A stretch of 64,000 bases of DNA from Gammaproteobacteria bacterium (GCA_963662545.2 CAXXLL010000002.1:96001-160000); one strand, 5' to 3'. Shown: positions 29,216 to 44,579, counted from the first letter of the stretch. Notes: generated by a model from the letters alone, not told the origin. A program made the numbers and translations.

Positions 29216-31147
29216 ATGGGCAAAATCATCGGTATTGATTTGGGTACGACCAATTCCTGCGTCGCGGTGCTCGAAGGCGGCAAACCCAAAGTCATAGAGA
29301 ATAGCGAAGGCGCGCGCACGACGCCCTCGGTCGTCGCTTTTGCCAGTGACGATCAGGTGCTGGTCGGGCAATCGGCCAAACGGCAGGCGGTTACGAATCC
29401 CACCGACACCCTGTTCGCGGTCAAGCGGCTGATCGGGCGCAAGTTCGACGACCAAGTCGTGAAGCGCGACATTGACATGGTGCCCTACAACATCGTCAAG
29501 GCAGATAACGGCGATGCCTGGGTCGAAGCCAAGGGCAATAAGATGGCGGCGCCGGAAATATCCGCGCGTGTCTTGATGAAGATGAAAAAGACCGCCGAGG
29601 ATTATCTGGGAGAAGAGATTTCAGAAGCGGTTATCACCGTGCCGGCCTACTTCAACGACTCCCAGCGGCAGGCAACCAAGGACGCCGGGCGTATCGCCGG
29701 ACTCGAAGTCAAACGCATCATCAACGAACCGACGGCCGCTGCGCTCGCCTACGGCATGGACAAGCAAGAAGGCGACGCCAAGATCGCGGTTTACGATCTG
29801 GGCGGAGGAACCTTCGACATCTCGATCATCGAGATCGCCGAGGTGGATGGCGAACACCAATTCGAAGTCTTGTCGACGAACGGCGATACCTTTCTGGGTG
29901 GTGAAGACTTCGATTTGCGCTTGATTGATTTCCTGGCGGACGAGTTCAAGAAGGATCAGGGCATCGATTTGCACAATGATCCCCTTGCGTTGCAACGGCT
30001 CAAGGAAGCCGCCGAGAAGGCTAAGATCGAACTGTCGTCGAGCCAGCAGACGGATGTGAACCTGCCGTACATCACGGCGGATGCCAGCGGGCCGAAGCAT
30101 TTAAACGTGAAGATCACGCGGGCCAAACTCGAGTCGCTGGTCGATGACATCATCGAGCGCACGATCGAACCCTGCCGCATTGCGCTGCAGGATGCGGGTA
30201 TGAGCGCTTCCGACATCAACGACGTCATCCTGGTCGGCGGCCAGACCCGCATGCCCAAGGTCCAGGAGGTGGTAAAGGACTTTTTCGGGCGCGAGCCGCG
30301 CAAGGACGTCAATGCCGATGAAGCCGTGGCCGTGGGCGCCGCCATCCAGGCCGGCGTACTCGGCGGCGACGTCAAGGATGTCCTATTGCTCGACGTGACG
30401 CCGTTGTCGCTGGGTATCGAAACCCTGGGTGGCGTGATGACGAAACTCATCGAAAAGAACACGACGATTCCGACCAAGGCCCAACAGGTGTTTTCCACGG
30501 CAGACGACAACCAGACGGCCGTCACGGTGCACGTTCTCCAGGGTGAGCGCGAACAGGCGATTGGCAACAAGTCGCTGGGCCGTTTCGATCTCGCCGACAT
30601 CCCGCCGGCCCCGCGCGGCGTGCCGCAGGTCGAGGTCGCTTTCGACATTGATGCGAACGGCATACTCAACGTTTCGGCGAAGGACAAGGCGACCGGGAAG
30701 GAGCAGTCGATCATCGTCAAAGCGTCCAGCGGTCTTTCGGACGATGAGGTCGATCGCATGGTCAAGGACGCCGAAGCGCACGCGGAAGAAGACCGCAAGT
30801 TCCATGAGCTGGTGAATGCGCGCAACCAGGCGGATACGCTGGTCCATGCGAGCAAGAAATCGATGGAGGAGCTGGGAGACAAAGTCGACGAAAGCGAACG
30901 GACGGAGATCGAGTCGGCTATTGAAACGCTCGAGAAAGCTATCGAGGGCGACGACATCGAGGACATTGCCGGTAAGACGCAACAACTCGGAGAACTCTCC
31001 GGTAAAATTGCGCAGAAGGCTTACGAAGCGCAACAGGCAGAAACCGACGGTGGTGCGGCCGCGGAAACCGTGTCGACCGCCGAGGAAAACGCCGATGATG
31101 GGAACGTCGTCGATGCGGATTTCGAGGAAGTCAAAGACGACAAGTAA
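29216..31147 (+). CDS. dnaK: Chaperone DnaK
   Basis: [44 protein letters not shown]. Confidence 0.99.
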   Translation: MGKIIGIDLGTTNSCVAVLEGGKPKVIENSEGARTTPSVVAFASDDQVLVGQSAKRQAVTNPTDTLFAVKRLIGRKFDDQVVKRDIDMVPYNIVKADNGDAWVEAKGNKMAAPEISARVLMKMKKTAEDYLGEEISEAVITVPAYFNDSQRQATKDAGRIAGLEVKRIINEPTAAALAYGMDKQEGDAKIAVYDLGGGTFDISIIEIAEVDGEHQFEVLSTNGDTFLGGEDFDLRLIDFLADEFKKDQGIDLHNDPLALQRLKEAAEKAKIELSSSQQTDVNLPYITADASGPKHLNVKITRAKLESLVDDIIERTIEPCRIALQDAGMSASDINDVILVGGQTRMPKVQEVVKDFFGREPRKDVNADEAVAVGAAIQAGVLGGDVKDVLLLDVTPLSLGIETLGGVMTKLIEKNTTIPTKAQQVFSTADDNQTAVTVHVLQGEREQAIGNKSLGRFDLADIPPAPRGVPQVEVAFDIDANGILNVSAKDKATGKEQSIIVKASSGLSDDEVDRMVKDAEAHAEEDRKFHELVNARNQADTLVHASKKSMEELGDKVDESERTEIESAIETLEKAIEGDDIEDIAGKTQQLGELSGKIAQKAYEAQQAETDGGAAAETVSTAEENADDGNVVDADFEEVKDDK

Positions 31148-31217
31148 ACATTATCTACTTTTTGGATCGAATGGCCCGGTCAGGCTTCGTGCCTCGCCGG
31201 GCCTCGATGTTATTACG

Positions 31218-31379
31218 GGAGCCTCTGAATAAGTCATGGCACATCTGCCTTGCCCATGAAATTGCGGAGCCTTAACTGACGAACCTTGCCCATAGTCCCC
31301 GCTATGGCCTGCGATTCGTGTCTTGATCTGCACCATTGCATGAACCATTCAGACGCGCCATGACTTATTCAGAGGTTCC
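31218..31379. mobile_element. MITE family A, copy 2 (dnaK-dnaJ)
   Basis: GGAGCCTCTGAATAAGTCATGG...CCATGACTTATTCAGAGGTTCC, 162 bp; no clear TSD. Confidence 0.85.
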
Positions 31380-31493
31380 TGTACCTCTGAAAACGAAGGA
31401 ATATCGTTATAGACATCCAACCCCGATTCTCGCCACGAAAGTGAAAGCGCGCATCTTTCACTCGGACGAATACGGGACATCGGCATAATCGAC

Positions 31494-32627
31494 ATGGCTA
31501 AGCGTGACTATTACGAAGTTCTCGGCGTTGATCGCAACGCCAATGACGCCGACATCAAAAAGGCCTATCGCCGCCTGGCCATGAAGCACCACCCCGATCG
31601 AAATGAAGGTGACGCGAAAGCGGAGGATAAATTCAAGGAGGCCAAAGAGGCCTTTGAGATCCTGAGCGACGGGCAGAAGCGCTCGGCTTACGACCAGTTC
31701 GGCCATGCCGGAGTCGACACGTCCGCGGGGGGCGGCCCGGGCTTTGGCGGGGCTGCGGGCTTTGGTGATATTTTCGACACGGTCTTCGGTGATATTTTCG
31801 GCAGCAGCGGCCGTGCCGGTAACCGCGTCTATCGCGGCGCCGATCTGCGTTACGACCTCGAAATGTCGCTCGAGGACGCAGTCGCCGGCCGCGAGATTAA
31901 GATCCGGGTGCCGACCATGCTCAACTGTGATACGTGTCGCGGCAAAGGGAGCCGCAGCGGGCGTGCGCCGGACAATTGCGGAACTTGTGGGGGCGCCGGC
32001 CAGGTGCGCATGCAGCAGGGTTTCTTTTCCGTGCAGCAGACCTGTCCCCGGTGCCGCGGAAGCGGCAAGGTGATTGCCGATCCCTGTGCCAGTTGCGGTG
32101 GCTCGGGCAAGACCCGCGGCCACAAGACGATATCGGTCAAGGTGCCGCCGGGAGTGGACAACGGCGACCGGATCCGGCTCGCCGGCGAGGGCGAACCGGG
32201 ACAGAGCGGCGGACCGCCGGGCGATCTTTACGTCAACGTCGTGGTCAAGCCGCACGCCATTTTCACGCGCGACGAAACCGATCTGCACTGCGAAGTTCCG
32301 ATCAATTTTGTCGTCGCCGCACTTGGAGGTGAGCTCGAAATTCCGACCCTTGCCGGTCGTGTGATGCTCAAGATCCCGTCGGAAACCCAAAGCGGCAAGA
32401 TGTTCAGGCTGCGCGGCAAAGGTGTGCGTTCGGTGCGCGGCAGCGGTATCGGCGATTTGCTTTGCCGCGTGTCGGTCGAGACTCCGGTAAACCTGAACAA
32501 ACAGCAGAAAGAACTGCTCAAGCAATTCGGGACCTCCCTGTCCGGTCACGGCAATAAGCACAGTCCCCGGGCGACCTCCTGGGTGGACGGTGTTAAAAAA
32601 TTCTTCGAAGAAATGAAGTTATCCTGA
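31494..32627 (+). CDS. dnaJ: Chaperone DnaJ
   Basis: HPD J-domain, G/F region, four CxxCxGxG motifs. Confidence 0.99.
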   Translation: MAKRDYYEVLGVDRNANDADIKKAYRRLAMKHHPDRNEGDAKAEDKFKEAKEAFEILSDGQKRSAYDQFGHAGVDTSAGGGPGFGGAAGFGDIFDTVFGDIFGSSGRAGNRVYRGADLRYDLEMSLEDAVAGREIKIRVPTMLNCDTCRGKGSRSGRAPDNCGTCGGAGQVRMQQGFFSVQQTCPRCRGSGKVIADPCASCGGSGKTRGHKTISVKVPPGVDNGDRIRLAGEGEPGQSGGPPGDLYVNVVVKPHAIFTRDETDLHCEVPINFVVAALGGELEIPTLAGRVMLKIPSETQSGKMFRLRGKGVRSVRGSGIGDLLCRVSVETPVNLNKQQKELLKQFGTSLSGHGNKHSPRATSWVDGVKKFFEEMKLS

Positions 32628-32631
32628 TACC

Positions 32632-32661
32632 TGCAATAGTCGGGCCGGCCCGACTATTGCA
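32632..32661. terminator. Perfect 30-bp palindrome after the dnaJ stop (hairpin, possible terminator)
   Basis: TGCAATAGTCGGGCC|GGCCCGACTATTGCA; no U-tract. Confidence 0.5.
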
Positions 32662-32998
32662 CGAAGGCGGCCACTGCGCTCGGAGAGCTTTATGAGTGAA
32701 AAAGATAAATGGAGCCATTCGACGATGTTCGAACATGTCGCAATTACTGCCGCCGCATGCGGCCTACGACGGCGCCGGCTGGTCTATGAACGCCTGGACT
32801 CAGGCCAAGCTCTCGCCATAGCTACAGCTCAGAGACGAGCTCCAGACCGGCTTCTTCGCTGTGCTATCCCTGCTTCGCTCGAAGTCCAGCCGGGCCATCC
32901 ATGGCCCGTCGTTCGCGGCTATGCCGCCTACCCAGACGCACCGGTCCTCAGCCGGCATCCGCCGTCCTTCAAGCAATAGACGGGCTAGGAGATTCCGG

Positions 32999-33814
32999 AT
33001 GCAGCAGTCGAATACGCGTATCGCGATCATGGGTGCGGCGGGCCGCATGGGTCGAGCATTGATCGGTCTGAACGACACACGGGCGGAACTTTCCCTTGGC
33101 GCCGCTCTGGAACAACCCGGGTCACCGCATCTGGGCACCGATCCCGGCTTGCTGGCCGGTACCGATGCAACGGGAATCGAGATCGTGGACGACCTCAAAT
33201 CGGTCATCGACCAATTCGATGTCCTGATCGATTTCACCGTTCCCGAATCGACCTTGAACAATGTCGACATCTGCCGCTCGGCGGGCAAACGCATGGTCAT
33301 CGGTACCACCGGGCTCGGTGATTCCGTTCGGGATCTAGAAGAAGCGAGCCGGGAAATCGCCATCGTTTTCGCACCGAACATGAGCGTTGGCGTGAACCTG
33401 TGTTTCCGCCTCGTCGAACTCGCCGCCAGAACCCTGGGCGATGATTTCGACATCGAAATTATCGAGGCACATCACCGCCACAAGATCGACGCACCGTCGG
33501 GCACGGCAGTGAGGATGGGCGAAATTATCGCTGACACACTCGGGCGTGACCTCAAGGAATGCGCCGTTTACGGACGTGAGGGTCGGACAGGCGTTCGAGA
33601 TCGGAAAACCATCGGCTTCGAAACGATACGCGCCGGGGAGATCGTGGGTGACCACACGGTATTGTTCGGCGGCGCCGGAGAGCGCATCGAGATCACCCAT
33701 CGCACTGCCGATCGTTCGACGTTTGCAAGCGGCGCATTGAAAGCTGCGGCTTGGGTCACGACCCGGGACTCTGGCATGTTCGATATGTTGGACGTGCTCG
33801 GACTCGGTGTGTGA
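32999..33814 (+). CDS. dapB: 4-hydroxy-tetrahydrodipicolinate reductase
   Basis: GAAGRMG, DFTVPE, VIGTTG, EAHHRHKIDAPSGTA. Confidence 0.96.
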   Translation: MQQSNTRIAIMGAAGRMGRALIGLNDTRAELSLGAALEQPGSPHLGTDPGLLAGTDATGIEIVDDLKSVIDQFDVLIDFTVPESTLNNVDICRSAGKRMVIGTTGLGDSVRDLEEASREIAIVFAPNMSVGVNLCFRLVELAARTLGDDFDIEIIEAHHRHKIDAPSGTAVRMGEIIADTLGRDLKECAVYGREGRTGVRDRKTIGFETIRAGEIVGDHTVLFGGAGERIEITHRTADRSTFASGALKAAAWVTTRDSGMFDMLDVLGLGV

Positions 33815-33925
33815 GCGATTATCGGTGATCGCGTTTCGGCAATAGTTTTGTCCGATCGATTATTCACGCCGGCGGTTGACGTCATCTCCTGAGGTATACT
33901 CTTCCAGCATCGCTCCAAGCTCTAG

Positions 33926-33982
33926 CAGCCTGTCGGACTTAGGATGAAACTTATTCAGAGGTTCCCTAAGTCCGACAGGCTG
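33926..33982. mobile_element. Deleted MITE family B copy containing a family A end
   Basis: Perfect 18-bp TIR CAGCCTGTCGGACTTAGG / CCTAAGTCCGACAGGCTG, CTAG flanks; internal ACTTATTCAGAGGTTCC. Confidence 0.8.
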
Positions 33983-34023
33983 CTAGGGGACTGGAGTGCA
34001 CGGCGTAATCTCGGAAGGACCGG

Positions 34024-35001
34024 ATGGGAATATTGCGTGCAGCCGTAATAGGCGTAGGTTACCTGGGTAACTTTCACGCGCAGAAATACGCTCAGATTGC
34101 GGACGTTGATCTGTATGCGGTCGTGGACACCGATCTAGCGCGGGCTCGAGAAATCGCGCAAAAGTACGACACTCGCGCCGTGACTGAATACGGACAAATC
34201 TTGTCGCAGGTCGATCTCGTGTCGATCGTCGTGCCGCCTTCGCGACACTATGACATCGCGTTTGACTGCCTAGCCGCCGGCATCCACACGCTCGTCGAAA
34301 AACCGGTTACAGAAACCGTTGGTGAAGCCGAGGAACTCATTCGACTGGCCAACGAACGCGATCTCGTCTTGCAGGTCGGACATCTTGAACGCTTCAATCC
34401 CCTGATCCATGGGCTCAAAGAGCGTGCGGCAGCGCCGCACCGGATCGAAGCGCAGCGTTTCGCCGAATATAAATCGCGCGGGACGGAAGTGGATGTGGTA
34501 CTCGACTTGATGATTCACGATATCGACATCGTACTCAGCATCGTCGATAGCGCCTTGATAGCTGTGCATTCCTCGGGTACCGCTGTCGTCACTAACGACA
34601 TCGACATCGCTCATGCGCGCCTCGAATTTGAGAACGGCTGCATCGCTGAATTATCCGCCAGCCGCGTGTCGCAAGAGGCAGCGCGCACCATGAAGGTCTA
34701 TCAGGACGATGTTTACTTCGTAGTCGATTACGTCAACCACGAAATGCGTGTCGGAATGGTCGAGGATGGGCGTGAAAAACCGGCCCACCGCGAGGCCAGC
34801 TTAGAGACACATATTGTTGCCGGCACGGATATCTTAATGGCGGAAATTGTTTCATTCATCGAGGCGGTCCACAGCGGTTCGGCGCCCAAGGTCACCGGCG
34901 AGGACGGCAAGCGGGCACTAGAGGTCGCGATCGAGGTCAGTCGTCGGATCAACCGCTACCGGGCGACCGGGACGACGGCAAGCGATATTCAGAACGGCTG
35001 A
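34024..35001 (+). CDS. Gfo/Idh/MocA oxidoreductase (GnnA-like)
   Basis: GVGYLG, VEKP, GHLERFNP, DVVLDLMIHDID. Confidence 0.85.
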   Translation: MGILRAAVIGVGYLGNFHAQKYAQIADVDLYAVVDTDLARAREIAQKYDTRAVTEYGQILSQVDLVSIVVPPSRHYDIAFDCLAAGIHTLVEKPVTETVGEAEELIRLANERDLVLQVGHLERFNPLIHGLKERAAAPHRIEAQRFAEYKSRGTEVDVVLDLMIHDIDIVLSIVDSALIAVHSSGTAVVTNDIDIAHARLEFENGCIAELSASRVSQEAARTMKVYQDDVYFVVDYVNHEMRVGMVEDGREKPAHREASLETHIVAGTDILMAEIVSFIEAVHSGSAPKVTGEDGKRALEVAIEVSRRINRYRATGTTASDIQNG

Positions 35002-35046
35002 ACGCCGCTGCCCGGTATCCGCGCCTTTCCGGGTTTCGCTGTCTAG

Positions 35047-35089
35047 CAGGCTGTTGAGAAACGATAGGAAATCGTTTTTCAACAACCTG
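35047..35089. repeat. Short hairpin repeat family C, copy 1
   Basis: CAGGCTGTTGAGAAACGAT-AGGAA-ATCGTTTTTCAACAACCTG flanked by CTAG/CTAA. Confidence 0.65.
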
Positions 35090-35352
35090 CTAAAAGGCTC
35101 CGATTGCAGGTCGAGGCGCAACAAGTGTGCTGTCCCGTGAAAAACTTTCATAATTCGCTGGTCTTTTTTGCCCCCAGCCGCGCTCCTCCTTGTGTAGAGC
35201 CCGCAACATGGCGTCGTCGCGCCTTGCCAGCGACAAAAAATCCGGCGCGACTTACGCAACTTTTTCACGGGACAGCACACTAGGGTCCTTTCTTGGGTGG
35301 AGGGGCTCAAGTACAATGACGCCCGCCCTTTGAATCAGCCATAGGGTCCCCC

Positions 35353-35385
35353 AGCGGGAGCAGCCGGCCGGCTGCTCCCGCTTTG
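35353..35385 (+). promoter_or_regulatory. Leader hairpin (possible attenuator) upstream of carA
   Basis: Perfect 30-bp palindrome AGCGGGAGCAGCCGG|CCGGCTGCTCCCGCT followed by TT, lying between a TACAAT -10 candidate (~35312) and the carA start. Confidence 0.6.
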
Positions 35386-35402
35386 TATATGCAGGAATCA
35401 TA

Positions 35403-36530
35403 GTGAGCAACGCAGCTGTTTTAGCGCTATCCGACGGCACGATCTTTCGCGGCCGTTCGATCGGTGATACGGGCTGCGGCGTTGGCGAAGTAGTTTTCAA
35501 CACGGCCATCACTGGTTACCAGGAGATCCTGACCGATCCTTCCTATGCGCAGCAGATCGTGACCCTCACCTACCCCCACATTGGTAACACCGGGATCAAT
35601 GCGCAGGACGCCGAATCGAGGCACGTATTTGCCAGTGGCCTGGTCGTGCGCGACGCCTCGATCGAGGCCAGCAGCTGGCGATCCGCAGGCAGTCTGTCGG
35701 ACTATCTGCGCGAACAGGGTGTCGTTGGCATCGCCGATATTGATACCCGCAGATTGACGCGCCTGTTGCGGGAAAAGGGCGCACAGAGCGGTTGCATTGC
35801 CGCCGGGGGGGATTATTCCGAAGCCGAGGCCTTGCTGCGGGCCCGTGAATTTCCGGGCCTCAAAGGCGCCGATCTCGCACGGGTGGTAACGACCGATGAA
35901 AGCTATCGATGGCGCGAGGGCAGCTGGGAGATTGAAAGCAACGGATATCGACCGATGCCGGAGGAGCGATGGACCGTCGTAGCCTATGATTTCGGGGTGA
36001 AGGTCAACATTCTTCGACTGCTGGCCGATCGCGGTTGCGCCGTCGAGGTCGTGCCCGCCACCGAACCGGCCTCGCAGGTGCTTGCGCGTCGGCCGGATGG
36101 GGTGTTTCTCTCTAACGGTCCCGGTGACCCCGAGCCCTGTGACTATGCCATCGAGGCGATTCGCGAGCTCGTTCAGTCCGGTACGCCGGTGTTCGGGATC
36201 TGTCTCGGCCATCAGCTACTCGCGCTCGCCTGCGGCGCCCGCACGACCAAGATGAAATTCGGTCACCATGGCGCTAATCATCCAGTCAAGGATCTCGAGA
36301 CTGGTCGGGTTCTCATTACCAGCCAGAACCACGGTTTTGCGGTCGACGAAAGCAGTCTGCCGGGCGATCTCAAGGCGACTCACCGCTCGCTCTTCGATGG
36401 CTCGCTGCAGGGGATCCGTCTCGAGGGGAAAGCGGCGTTCGGATTTCAGGGACACCCGGAAGCCAGCCCGGGACCTCATGACGTCCAGCCGTTATTCAAT
36501 CATTTCGTCGATTTGATGCGCGCGAATTGA
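35403..36530 (+). CDS. carA: Carbamoyl-phosphate synthase small subunit
   Basis: [34 protein letters not shown]. Confidence 0.98.
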   Translation: MSNAAVLALSDGTIFRGRSIGDTGCGVGEVVFNTAITGYQEILTDPSYAQQIVTLTYPHIGNTGINAQDAESRHVFASGLVVRDASIEASSWRSAGSLSDYLREQGVVGIADIDTRRLTRLLREKGAQSGCIAAGGDYSEAEALLRAREFPGLKGADLARVVTTDESYRWREGSWEIESNGYRPMPEERWTVVAYDFGVKVNILRLLADRGCAVEVVPATEPASQVLARRPDGVFLSNGPGDPEPCDYAIEAIRELVQSGTPVFGICLGHQLLALACGARTTKMKFGHHGANHPVKDLETGRVLITSQNHGFAVDESSLPGDLKATHRSLFDGSLQGIRLEGKAAFGFQGHPEASPGPHDVQPLFNHFVDLMRAN

Positions 36531-36571
36531 AATCGGTCTCGAAATTCGGCACACCTTAATTAGCGAGCACC

Positions 36572-39789
<3,218 letters not shown>

Positions 39790-39793
<4 letters not shown>

Positions 39794-40266
39794 ATAAATC
39801 TCCGATGACATCCAATGGCGCACAGTCGTTGCGCGAGGAACTTCAACGGCGCAAGACCGAAGATCGGCCGCGCATATCTGCCGCGATTGCCGAGGCACGC
39901 GCGCACGGAGACCTGCGGGAAAATGCCGAGTATCACGCGGCTCGGGAACAGCAGAGTTTTAACGAAGGGCGGATCTCCGATATCGAGGGCAAGCTTTCAG
40001 TCGCGGAAATCATCGACGTCACCAAGATCAATGCCGCTGGCAAGGTGATCTTCGGAACGACGGTGGAATTGTGCAATACCGCGACTAATGAAGAAGTCAT
40101 CTACAAGATCGTCGGCGAGGACGAGGCGGACATAAAGGCGTCCATGGTTTCGATCAATTCTCCCGTGGCACGCGCGCTGATCGGAAAGGCCGAGGGTGAT
40201 CACGCGGTCGTGGAGGCGCCCGGAGGCGAGGTCGAGTACGAAATCCGGGCCGTGCGCTACGAATAA
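39790..40266 (+). CDS. greA: Transcription elongation factor GreA
   Basis: [34 protein letters not shown]. Confidence 0.97.
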
Positions 40267-40268
40267 AA

Positions 40269-40889
40269 GTGGCCCGACGGTCTTCCAGTCGGCGCTGGTT
40301 GCAGCGTCAAAATGCCGATTCGTACGTAAAAGATCGTCACACACGCGGATTTCGTTCACGTGCCGCATTTAAACTTCAAGAAATCAATCGCCGCGACCGA
40401 CTTATAGGGGTAGGTATGAGCGTGATCGATCTCGGTGCGAGCCCCGGCGGCTGGACCCAGGTCGCCGCCGGTATCGTCGGTTTGAGCGGAACTGTCGTGG
40501 CAGTGGATGTCTTATCTATGGAGCCTGTGGCCGGAACGGTGTTTATCGAGGGCAATTGCCGCGATGCCGATGTGATAGAAGCCGTGAGAACGGCTCTCCA
40601 CGGCGGTGGCGCCGATCTTGTAATGTCCGATATGGCCCCCAATATAAGCGGTGTGGCGGCGGTGGATGAGTCCGCTCAAAGCGAACTTTGCGAAGCGACG
40701 CTGGATTTCGTCCGCGAATTCCTGCGACCCGGCGGATCATTGTTGATCAAGCTGTTTCAATGCTCTGAAACGGATGCGATCGTCGATGAAATTTCGAGGC
40801 GATTTCGGGATCTCTGGCGGCGCAAACCGCCCGCGTCGAGGTCCCAGTCGCGAGAGTTTTATGTCGTGGCGAAACGATTTGGTATATAG
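40269..40889 (+). CDS. rlmE: 23S rRNA Um2552 methyltransferase
   Basis: RSRAAFKL, DLGASPGGW, SDMAPNISG, KPPASR..SRE. Confidence 0.95.
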   Translation: MARRSSSRRWLQRQNADSYVKDRHTRGFRSRAAFKLQEINRRDRLIGVGMSVIDLGASPGGWTQVAAGIVGLSGTVVAVDVLSMEPVAGTVFIEGNCRDADVIEAVRTALHGGGADLVMSDMAPNISGVAAVDESAQSELCEATLDFVREFLRPGGSLLIKLFQCSETDAIVDEISRRFRDLWRRKPPASRSQSREFYVVAKRFGI

Positions 40890-40957
40890 TTTTTGTAGCC
40901 GCTTCCTGATTTCAGACGTTTGCGTAAAAGCGGAAAATATTTGGGTTAAGGCATTTA

Positions 40958-42883
40958 ATGGCTAGAAATCTCGTACTTTGGATCGTCATCGCGCTCGTGT
41001 TGATGCTGGTGTTCCAGAATTTCACACCGCGTACGGGCGCTTCGCAGCCGATCGATTACTCGGATTTCGTCTCCGAGGTGAAGAGCGGCCGAGTGGCTAA
41101 AGCGACCTTGGACGGCCCGACGATCGAGATCGAACTGCACGACGGCTCCCGGCTTTTCACTTACAGTCCCGAGTCGGACAACGGTCCGATGATCGGGATG
41201 ATGCTGGACAATAAGGTACGCATTGAGGCGCAGCCCCCGGACCGACAGGGGCTGTTGATGCAGATATTCATCTCCTGGTTCCCGTTCCTGGTGCTGATCG
41301 CCGTGTGGATCTACCTCATGCGCCAGATGCAAGGCGGTGCTGGCGGACGCGGCGCATTATCGTTTGGAAAGAGCCGCGCGCGTCTTCTCGGTGAAGACCA
41401 GATCCGTGTGACTTTCAACGATGTCGCGGGCGTTGATGAGGCCAAGGAAGAAGTGAAGGAACTGGTCGATTTCCTGAAAGACCCGGGTAAGTTCCAGAAA
41501 CTCGGCGGCAAGATTCCCAAAGGCGTGCTCATGGTCGGTTCACCCGGCACCGGTAAAACGCTGTTGGCCAGGGCGATCGCCGGCGAGGCCAAGGTTCCGT
41601 TTTTTACGATTTCCGGATCGGACTTCGTCGAGATGTTCGTGGGCGTCGGTGCGTCGCGGGTACGCGACATGTTCGAGCAAGCCAAGAAGCACGCGCCCTG
41701 CATCATTTTCATCGACGAAATTGATGCGGTCGGCCGGCACCGCGGCGCGGGACTCGGCGGCGGCCACGACGAGCGCGAGCAGACGCTCAATCAACTGCTG
41801 GTTGAAATGGACGGTTTCGACGGGAACGAAGGTGTCATCGTGATCGCGGCGACTAACCGACCGGACGTGCTAGACCCCGCCTTGCTGCGCCCTGGACGGT
41901 TCGATCGCCAGGTTGTCGTTCACCTGCCCGACATTCGCGGACGCGAACAAATTCTCAAGGTCCACATGCGCAAGGTCCCGCTTGACGACAATGTCCGTCC
42001 CTCCATCCTCGCACGCGGCACGCCGGGGTTCTCCGGCGCCGATCTCGCCAACCTGGTCAATGAAGCGGCGCTGTTTGCTGCGCGCGGCGACAAGCGCCTC
42101 GTCGACATGGATGAATTCGAAAAGGCGAAAGACAAGATCATGATGGGGGCGGAGAGACGCTCGATGGTCATGAGTGCGGACGAAAAGAAGTTGACGGCCT
42201 ATCACGAGGGCGGCCATGCCATCGTCGGACGCCTGGTCCCCGAGCACGATCCTGTCTACAAGGTCACCATCATCCCGCGCGGGCGTGCGCTTGGCGTGAC
42301 GATGTTTCTGCCAGAAGAAGATCGACTGAGTTACAGCAAGGAACGGCTCGAGAGTCAGATCTCTAGCTTGTTCGGCGGTCGTATTGCCGAGGAACTCGTC
42401 TTCGGGCCTGAGGCGGTGACGACCGGCGCGTCGAACGACATCGAGCGCGTCACCGAGATAGCGCGTAACATGGTCACGAAGTGGGGATTGTCGGAAAAAC
42501 TTGGTCCGATGACCTACAGCGATGACGATGGCGAAATCTTTCTCGGACACTCGGTGACACAGCACAAGACGGTGTCGGACGAGACGGCCCATGTGATCGA
42601 CGAAGAGGTCCGTATCATCGTCGAGCGCAACTACGCGCGCGCAAAAACCATACTGGATTCGAATCTCGACAAACTGCACCTCATGGCCGAGGCCTTGCTC
42701 AAGTATGAAACGCTCGATACCGCTCAGATCGACGACATCATGGAAGGCCGGCCGCCGCGACCGCCGGATGATTGGATGGACGACGATCAACGCAGCGCCG
42801 ACAGTGCCAGTTCCAGCGACGCTTCCACGGACGAACCAGATCCTAAGGACGGAACGATCGGCGGGCCGGCCAGCCTCCATTGA
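40958..42883 (+). CDS. ftsH: ATP-dependent zinc metalloprotease FtsH
   Basis: Two TM helices, [19 protein letters not shown]. Confidence 0.99.
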   Translation: MARNLVLWIVIALVLMLVFQNFTPRTGASQPIDYSDFVSEVKSGRVAKATLDGPTIEIELHDGSRLFTYSPESDNGPMIGMMLDNKVRIEAQPPDRQGLLMQIFISWFPFLVLIAVWIYLMRQMQGGAGGRGALSFGKSRARLLGEDQIRVTFNDVAGVDEAKEEVKELVDFLKDPGKFQKLGGKIPKGVLMVGSPGTGKTLLARAIAGEAKVPFFTISGSDFVEMFVGVGASRVRDMFEQAKKHAPCIIFIDEIDAVGRHRGAGLGGGHDEREQTLNQLLVEMDGFDGNEGVIVIAATNRPDVLDPALLRPGRFDRQVVVHLPDIRGREQILKVHMRKVPLDDNVRPSILARGTPGFSGADLANLVNEAALFAARGDKRLVDMDEFEKAKDKIMMGAERRSMVMSADEKKLTAYHEGGHAIVGRLVPEHDPVYKVTIIPRGRALGVTMFLPEEDRLSYSKERLESQISSLFGGRIAEELVFGPEAVTTGASNDIERVTEIARNMVTKWGLSEKLGPMTYSDDDGEIFLGHSVTQHKTVSDETAHVIDEEVRIIVERNYARAKTILDSNLDKLHLMAEALLKYETLDTAQIDDIMEGRPPRPPDDWMDDDQRSADSASSSDASTDEPDPKDGTIGGPASLH

Positions 42884-43022
42884 TCAGGTCGACGTGCTGA
42901 ATCCCTCTGCGCGCGGGTTAAGCCACCATTTAGCGAATTTCAATCTCTGTGAGAAGCGTCACGGTGATCCGGACTCGCTTCAGATTATCCTCATAGATAC
43001 CGAAAACCTTTCGGTACTCTAA

Positions 43023-43184
43023 GGAACCTCTGAAAAAGTCATGGCCCATCTGCCTTGCCCATGAAATCGCGGAGCCTTACGTTACGAACCTTAGCCCTAG
43101 TCCCCGCTATTACCTGCGATTCGTGCCTTGATCTGCACAATTTCATGAACCATTCAGACGCACCATGACTTATTCAGAGGTTCC
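43023..43184. mobile_element. MITE family A, copy 3 (ftsH-glmM)
   Basis: GGAACC...GGTTCC, 162 bp, exact CTAA target duplication. Confidence 0.88.
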
Positions 43185-43202
43185 CTAAATCAGGACTAAT
43201 CA

Positions 43203-44579
43203 ATGAGCGAGCGTCAACGAAAATACTTTGGTACCGACGGCATTCGCGGTACCGTCGGGCAGAGTCCTATCACGCCCGACTTCGTCATGAAACTCGGATG
43301 GGCCGCGGGCCGCGTTCTCGGAGCGCAATCGTCTGGGCGGCAAAAGGTGTTGATCGGCAAGGACACCCGGATATCCGGATACATGTTCGAATCAGCACTC
43401 GAAGCGGGCCTGTCCGCCGCGGGCATCGATATCCACCTGCTTGGTCCGATGCCGACGCCAGGCATTGCTTACCTCACCCGCACGTTCCACGCCCGGGCGG
43501 GTATCGTGATCAGCGCCTCGCATAACCCGTTCGACGACAACGGCATCAAGTTTCTTTCGCACGAGGGGAAAAAGCTCCCAGACGAAATAGAATTGGCGAT
43601 CGAGGACGAACTCGAAAAGCCACTACAGACGGTCGATTCCCGCAAGCTCGGTAAAGCGAAGCGCGTCGAAGACGCGCCCGGGCGTTACATAGAATTCTGC
43701 AAAAGTACGGTGCGCTCGGGTATCGGTTTGACTGGATTGAAGCTTGTTGTCGACTGCGCGCACGGCGCGACTTACCACATTGCACCGGCGGTCTTCTCCG
43801 AACTGGGCGCCGAGGTGATCGTTCTCGGCGGATCGCCGAACGGATTCAACATCAACGAGAACTGCGGTGCTACGGAGCCGGCTACGTTGCAGCGAGCCGT
43901 TTGCGACGCACAAGCTGATGCGGGCATCGCGCTGGATGGCGACGGCGACCGCTTGATCATGGTAGACGCCGACGGCGAGATTGTCGACGGCGACGAATTG
44001 ACCTTTATCATCGCCCGCCGGCGCCAAAACATCGGCGCGCTGGCCGGCGGCGTGGTCGGGACGCAAATGAGCAACCTCGGACTTGAGCAGGCGATCAAGA
44101 CGCTCGGCTTGGGATTCAAACGCGCAAAAGTCGGTGACCGTTACATCATGGAGATGCTGCAGAAGGATGGCTGGTCCCTGGGCGGGGAATCCTCCGGTCA
44201 TATCATTTGCCTGGATCTGACCACCACGGGCGACGGCATCATCTCAGCACTGCAGGTTCTCGAAACCATGGTGTGCAGCGCGCAGCCCTTGCACGACCTA
44301 AAGCGTGGCATGACGAAATATCCGCAGACGCTAGTCAACGTACGCATGCAAGAGAAAGTTGACGTCCTAAGTTTGCCGGAAGTTGCGCGCGCCGTAGCTG
44401 CGGCCGAGGCGCGCCTCGCCGATAGCGGTCGCGTCCTATTGCGGCCCTCGGGTACCGAGCCTGTCGTGCGGGTCATGGTCGAAGGCCGCGACCGTGCCGT
44501 CGTCGATGAACTTGCCAATGAATTGGCGCGTGAGGTTCAGAAAGCTGCGCGTCAGGCTCACGCGGACGCCGCGGCCTGA
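43203..44579 (+). CDS. glmM: Phosphoglucosamine mutase
   Basis: [28 protein letters not shown]. Confidence 0.98.
   Translation: MSERQRKYFGTDGIRGTVGQSPITPDFVMKLGWAAGRVLGAQSSGRQKVLIGKDTRISGYMFESALEAGLSAAGIDIHLLGPMPTPGIAYLTRTFHARAGIVISASHNPFDDNGIKFLSHEGKKLPDEIELAIEDELEKPLQTVDSRKLGKAKRVEDAPGRYIEFCKSTVRSGIGLTGLKLVVDCAHGATYHIAPAVFSELGAEVIVLGGSPNGFNINENCGATEPATLQRAVCDAQADAGIALDGDGDRLIMVDADGEIVDGDELTFIIARRRQNIGALAGGVVGTQMSNLGLEQAIKTLGLGFKRAKVGDRYIMEMLQKDGWSLGGESSGHIICLDLTTTGDGIISALQVLETMVCSAQPLHDLKRGMTKYPQTLVNVRMQEKVDVLSLPEVARAVAAAEARLADSGRVLLRPSGTEPVVRVMVEGRDRAVVDELANELAREVQKAARQAHADAAA

Noticed and set aside
32692-32979. 95-aa ORF between dnaJ and dapB with a weak RBS
   Set aside because: No recognisable motif, and the composition looks non-coding; cannot be supported.
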